Positions 16,122-20,000 of a DNA stretch of 20,000 bases are shown here, piece after piece. The notes under the pieces were generated by a model that was given only the letters and a program-made list of their open reading frames with translations, had not been told where the DNA came from and did no database searches. Source of the stretch: an uncultured virus (IMG/VR IMGVR_UViG_3300033074_002123) (lineage: Duplodnaviria; Heunggongvirae; Uroviricota; Caudoviricetes); the IMG/VR virus record IMGVR_UViG_3300033074_002123, positions 110,393-130,392 of that record. One strand, given 5' to 3'. A program made the position numbers and the translations under genes. The first letter of the stretch is position 1; each line of letters begins with the position of its first letter.

Positions 16122-16781
16122 TTATTGTACAGCTTTACCAGAAAAGATAATATCTTGCATCATTTGATCACTAAAAAATCTTGGAACTGAAACATCATAA
16201 TTAGAATGAAGAGTTAAAGCTCTAATAAAAATATGTTTAGGAATAAGGTCAGAGTTTATTTGTAAATCTTGCCCTCCCAATTTTGGATTTTGAAGACCAA
16301 CCAATTGAACACTATCAAAAATAGAAATAAGCAAAGATCTCATAGTATTATACATTAATAAAACTTCTAAAGTATTTTCAGAAGTAAAAATAATACTATA
16401 TTGAGCTTCAAAATTTCTATTATAAACTGGAGTAAATCTAAGATTATCATCATCCCAAAGTGGTGATTTAAAACCTTCATCTACTCCAATTCCATCAAAA
16501 GCTGCACTTTCTCCTGGTAAAGTAATATGAATAGTAGGTAAATCAGCTCTAGACACATCAAAAAATTGTCTCACAGCAACCTTTCTAGGATGGTCAGTTC
16601 TCCTTAAAAATAATTCCTTACCTTGGTCATAATAATCAAATTTTCCAAACTTATTACCATGAAGCAAATTATAGAGTAAAGATTTAGTTTCATCAGCTAA
16701 ATTAGCTTCAAAATCTTTGCTAATGTGAGTGACTAAACCCGTAATGAGATTAAATAAGACAATTTCAGGAATAATTATCAT
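16122..16781 (-). CDS. Putative tail terminator / tail completion protein (219 aa)
   Basis: Last large gene before the sheath. LPTIHITLPGES followed by alternating beta/alpha elements (YSIIFTSEN, FIRALTL) fits the terminator fold. Mainly a synteny call. Confidence 0.6.
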   Translation of the reverse strand: MIIIPEIVLFNLITGLVTHISKDFEANLADETKSLLYNLLHGNKFGKFDYYDQGKELFLRRTDHPRKVAVRQFFDVSRADLPTIHITLPGESAAFDGIGVDEGFKSPLWDDDNLRFTPVYNRNFEAQYSIIFTSENTLEVLLMYNTMRSLLISIFDSVQLVGLQNPKLGGQDLQINSDLIPKHIFIRALTLHSNYDVSVPRFFSDQMMQDIIFSGKAVQ

Positions 16782-16793
16782 AATAAATAAATT

Positions 16794-17561
16794 TTAAAAC
16801 CCCAATTCATGTAAAAATCTATCAGTACTCTTTTGAACTTCAAAAGGAACATTAGTTATAGTTAAAGCCTTTTGAGATAAATTACGAGCAGTAATACCAG
16901 TATGAATAAAAGCATCAGGGTCAGATAAATCACTAACTCTTCTAAAAGAAAAATAAGTTCCTTGGTTTAAAGTTGGATTGATATTAGGTAATCTAACTAT
17001 ACCAGCTTCAATAGGAGATTTATGTTGATAAGCTTCAAAAGTTTTACTTTTTGAAACAACCATAGCTCTTGTTCTATTTATTCTTAAATCTGGGGGGATA
17101 TCAGAAATTTTTAACCCTTTACCTTGAGGTTTAGATTTGACTATCTTATAAATTTCATCAGGCATTACACCAGAAAAAACTTCACTCTCTCCCAAAGCTC
17201 CAGGGGTAGCCCACCTAAAAGGAATTGTTAAATACCACCCTCCATTAACTTTCATTTTAGCTTTTTTGCTATGACTAAAACCTTCTTTCATATCAAAAGG
17301 ACTAACTCCTTGTTCCACCATATTAGGAACAACTCCAATTAGTTTAACATAACCAGTTCTTGGTCCAGCCTCACCTACTTTTAAGCTATTTATATATTGC
17401 CATCTAGTGGCATGTAAAGTTTGTCTAGCAAGACTTTCCCAATTGTAGGCTACTCTAGCTGTTAATTTTTTAATAACAAAGTCTATTAAATCATTAACAA
17501 TCTTCCTATCAAGATTGAATTCATCAGCTACTTGAGAAAAATCTATAATAATAGGTTCCAT
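16794..17561 (-). CDS. Neck/tail completion protein, HK97 gp10-like position (255 aa)
   Basis: Basic protein with LHATRWQYINSL...PNMVEQG..PFDMK...GGWYLTIPFR...FRRVSD...FIHTG; lies between the neck and terminator genes. Confidence 0.55.
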   Translation of the reverse strand: MEPIIIDFSQVADEFNLDRKIVNDLIDFVIKKLTARVAYNWESLARQTLHATRWQYINSLKVGEAGPRTGYVKLIGVVPNMVEQGVSPFDMKEGFSHSKKAKMKVNGGWYLTIPFRWATPGALGESEVFSGVMPDEIYKIVKSKPQGKGLKISDIPPDLRINRTRAMVVSKSKTFEAYQHKSPIEAGIVRLPNINPTLNQGTYFSFRRVSDLSDPDAFIHTGITARNLSQKALTITNVPFEVQKSTDRFLHELGF

Positions 17562-18418
17562 TATAAAACTGTAGAATTATCAAACATATAATTTCTATCA
17601 AAATTTTGCCTATCTAAAACATAATGAGCTCTTCTAGCTATAGCATGAATAGGCATTTGATGAATTTCTTCTCTACCTGAAACGACATTGGTTATGTTAG
17701 TAACCATAACTTCTCTAGGCAAATCTAAAATATGAAATTGTAAAGAGTGCAAATATCTGATAGAAAAAGTTAAATCAGAAATATTAAGGTATTCATTACT
17801 AAAAATAATCTTATTTTTTTCTACAAGAGAATAATTAGCTAAAGGGACTTTCTCTAATATAGAGTTATCTGCTACATATCTATATAAGTAAGAAATTTCT
17901 TTAACAACTCCATAAACTAAAAAAGCAAATAATTGTCCATCATAAAGTTTAGGATGAACAATTTCTGTATAAATAGAATTAGTATCCTTTAATGTAATTC
18001 TATCCATATAAGAAAGAGCATCAACATCTCTTACTGTAATAGAAACAGTGCCTAAATTTTGTTCTGTCCAAGCTCTATATTCATTAGATAAATTAATAGA
18101 ATGAATAATAGCTCTAGTAGTAACTGGGTTGATGAAAAACCAACCTGTTCCACCACAATTTTGACAAGAAGAATTATGCCCCCCTCCCTCTGATTTACAA
18201 GGGCATTTTAAAGCTTTCTCAATAACAACATCATAACCTTTATTCCATATAGCAGCTTCAAATTCTGCTTTCCTAAAATCTACTTTAGGATAGGTAGTAA
18301 GGATAAGAGGAGCAGGACTAAGTATTTTATTAACTTCATATTTAGACTCAGCTTGTTGTAAATAACCTGTAACAGTAGCTAACCCACTAATTGTCCCTTC
18401 AATATTAACTATACTCAT
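17561..18418 (-). CDS. Neck / head-closure (stopper) protein with a Cys4 Zn-binding motif (285 aa)
   Basis: EKALKCPC-x10-CQNCGGTGW (about 18140-18205) plus LSYMDRITL. I recall this CPC...CxxCxGxG signature from the neck protein of SPO1/K-like phages at this position. Confidence 0.7.
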   Translation of the reverse strand: MSIVNIEGTISGLATVTGYLQQAESKYEVNKILSPAPLILTTYPKVDFRKAEFEAAIWNKGYDVVIEKALKCPCKSEGGGHNSSCQNCGGTGWFFINPVTTRAIIHSINLSNEYRAWTEQNLGTVSITVRDVDALSYMDRITLKDTNSIYTEIVHPKLYDGQLFAFLVYGVVKEISYLYRYVADNSILEKVPLANYSLVEKNKIIFSNEYLNISDLTFSIRYLHSLQFHILDLPREVMVTNITNVVSGREEIHQMPIHAIARRAHYVLDRQNFDRNYMFDNSTVL

Positions 18419-18441
18419 AATCTATCTTTAGTTAAAAATTG

Positions 18442-18483
18442 AAAAAAGTCGGCATGTAAACCAAAAAGGAAACACACCGACTC
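18442..18483 (-). terminator. Intrinsic terminator after the 150-aa gene
   Basis: Minus-strand RNA AGUCGGUGUGU-N14-ACAUGCCGACU forms an 11-bp stem with two G-U pairs and runs into a U6 tract (A run 18442-18447). The G-U pairs form only on the minus strand. Confidence 0.75.
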
Positions 18484-18514
18484 AAAAATAAACCCAAAAC
18501 CCAAAGGCTATATT

Positions 18515-18967
18515 TTAATCTTCTTTAACCTGTAAAGCACCAGGAGCAAATTCAGGTGTATCTCCATTATTTATTTCTAATTCAGTTAATAATTGCCCAA
18601 TATATAAAACTTTACCTTCACCTGATAAATCAGTACCTACTGAAAAAGTAGTAACTCTTATATTTTCCTCAACTGTACATTGGCTAAAAATAACTTTTTC
18701 TATGTTAGAAGCACAATTTCCTACAACACTCCATCCCACATCACCATTTCTAACTACAGATATTCGACTATATCCAACATAATTAACTTCCTCTGTATTC
18801 TGTTTAACTTCTGCATTCTCACTAATGTCTGTTGTATGAAGAGCAATATAAAGAGTACCCTCAATAGCTGAACTTTTTAAACCTATACTATCCCCAACAC
18901 CTGCTAAAGCAATATTGTTGAAAATAAGTAATAAAATTTCATGTTTAAATAAAATTCCTTTAGGCAT
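18515..18967 (-). CDS. Beta-rich virion protein of a widespread ~130-150 aa family (often annotated Gp80-like / tail fibre protein)
   Basis: Motifs LLLIFNN...LYIALHT.D...EVNYVGYSRISV...W...N...VIF...FSVGT...GKVLYIG.L...GDTPEFAPGALQVKED match this family as I recall it. Confidence 0.7.
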   Translation of the reverse strand: MPKGILFKHEILLLIFNNIALAGVGDSIGLKSSAIEGTLYIALHTTDISENAEVKQNTEEVNYVGYSRISVVRNGDVGWSVVGNCASNIEKVIFSQCTVEENIRVTTFSVGTDLSGEGKVLYIGQLLTELEINNGDTPEFAPGALQVKED

Positions 18968-18975
18968 CAGTTTAA

Positions 18976-19761
18976 TTATAAACTAGTTACTGTAAATCCT
19001 TTGTAAGTATTATAAAGTCTTGGTAAAGTCTTCTGTAAATCCTCTAAATAACCTTGTATTCTCCCTCCATAAGCAGAAGTGGTACCACTTTTAGTAGTTC
19101 CAACAGATTGGCTAAGACCATCTATTCCTAAACTTTGTGAAGAAATACCTGGTCCTAGAATTAAATCCCCTGCAATTCTAAAAATATTTATAGCTGCAAG
19201 TTTTCCAATAAAATTCAACAAATCAAATGGCACTTTCTCAAATCCAGTGCAATAAGTAATTGACCAATAATTAGGTATAGTAGTTTGACCCAAAAAACCT
19301 AAATGAGGAGTAACTCCAGAATAAATAACAGAATTTACTGTACCTTGTAAAGTATGTTGAGGAACAATATAAATATGTCTATAATAAAAATCATCAGATG
19401 ATTTCCTAACAGACAACCATTCAGGTGGATATTGAATTTGTCTAACTTGATTTATAAATCCCAACAATTCAAAAGCTTTATTAGCTTGATAACTAACTCT
19501 AATATAACCCCAAGCTTTAAAATCATCCATAAAGAAGTCTCTATCTTCTTTAATGATTTGTTTTTGACACTTGAGATTAAGGTATTTTTCTACTTCATCT
19601 TGAGCTGCTTGAATAGTAGTAGAAATAATATCATTAGAAATGGACCCTCCATGCTTATCATAGATATCTATACCAAAAAAATACAGTTCTAACAATTCTT
19701 CTGGAGATATTATTAGACCTGAATTTTTCTTATAAGATATATTGAAAGTAAGAGCACCCAT
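18976..19761 (-). CDS. Head-tail adaptor / head completion protein (261 aa)
   Basis: IQAAQDEVEKYL, ITYCTGFEKVPFDL and GISSQSLGIDGLSQS...SAYGGRI are adaptor-type motifs; first large gene of the neck block. Confidence 0.75.
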   Translation of the reverse strand: MGALTFNISYKKNSGLIISPEELLELYFFGIDIYDKHGGSISNDIISTTIQAAQDEVEKYLNLKCQKQIIKEDRDFFMDDFKAWGYIRVSYQANKAFELLGFINQVRQIQYPPEWLSVRKSSDDFYYRHIYIVPQHTLQGTVNSVIYSGVTPHLGFLGQTTIPNYWSITYCTGFEKVPFDLLNFIGKLAAINIFRIAGDLILGPGISSQSLGIDGLSQSVGTTKSGTTSAYGGRIQGYLEDLQKTLPRLYNTYKGFTVTSL

Positions 19762-20000
19762 TATTGAGATTTCTGAATCAAATATTTAACTAATTCAACT
19801 TTGGTTAAACCTTTCCACTCTTCTACAGGTAAATTAGATGTATTAGCCAACTCAATCAGATCTTCTTTAGTCATTTGAGTTAGTTTCTTAGCTAAATCAA
19901 TATTAATCTTCTGTTGAGCTTCAGAAACTACTTTTTCTTTGCCTCCTTCTTGAGGTGGGATTGCTGGTTCTTTGCCTCCTTCTTGAGGTGGGATTGCTGG
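19761..20000 (-). CDS. Partial gene (C-terminal 79 aa) with Pro/Gly/Glu repeats and a HeH/Rho-N-like terminal domain
   Basis: Not in the ORF track; hand translation: PAIPPQEGGKEPAIPPQEGGKEKVVSEAQQKINIDLAKKLTQMTKEDLIELANTSNLPVEEWKGLTKVELVKYLIQKSQ*. Its stop overlaps the adaptor ATG (TAATG). Confidence 0.75.
   Translation of the reverse strand, partial: PAIPPQEGGKEPAIPPQEGGKEKVVSEAQQKINIDLAKKLTQMTKEDLIELANTSNLPVEEWKGLTKVELVKYLIQKSQ
19935..20000. repeat. Perfect 33-bp tandem repeat, at least 2 copies, reaching the window edge
   Basis: ttctttgcctccttcttgaggtgggattgctgg at 19935-19967 and 19968-20000; encodes PAIPPQEGGKE on the minus strand. Confidence 0.95.

Noticed and set aside
16088..16123. 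AT-only inverted repeats after the tail terminator gene
   Set aside because: Almost no G-C pairs and expected by chance at this AT content; not called as a terminator.
18..19692. Short plus-strand ORFs in the track (18-245, 8652-8879, 10761-11021, 11805-12131, 13007-13216, 18680-18871, 19432-19692)
   Set aside because: All lie antisense to convincing minus-strand genes and have the Ser/Ile/Phe-rich composition of shadow frames.
19935..20000. 33-bp direct repeat as a CRISPR array
   Set aside because: The copies are head-to-tail with no spacer, are a multiple of 3, and lie in frame within a coding sequence.

Overview
AT-rich (~30% GC by eye), densely coding window with all credible genes on the minus strand. 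It is the neck, tail, baseplate and fibre module of a large contractile-tailed phage (myovirus). Read right to left, the order is: partial small protein with an 11-aa repeat and a HeH/Rho-N-like end; head-tail adaptor; an inserted 150-aa beta-rich virion protein; CxC...CxxC neck protein; two tail-completion proteins; a 71-aa basic protein; tail sheath; tail tube; two chaperone-position genes; a short (605 aa) tape measure; baseplate hub; spike; putative spike tip; tube initiator; LysM+gp25-like wedge; baseplate J; two small fibre-associated proteins; a 1062-aa mosaic fibre; and the start of another fibre. The order and sizes closely resemble the Herelleviridae (SPO1/phage K type) virion module as I recall it. 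The expression signals instead point to a Bacteroidota host: two TTTG-N19/20-TAnnTTTA promoters, no Shine-Dalgarno sequences, and A-rich leaders. Two intrinsic terminators divide the region. I saw no RNA genes, CRISPR arrays, introns, inteins, IS elements or genetic-code reassignment. Product calls rest on motif recognition and synteny, not database searches.
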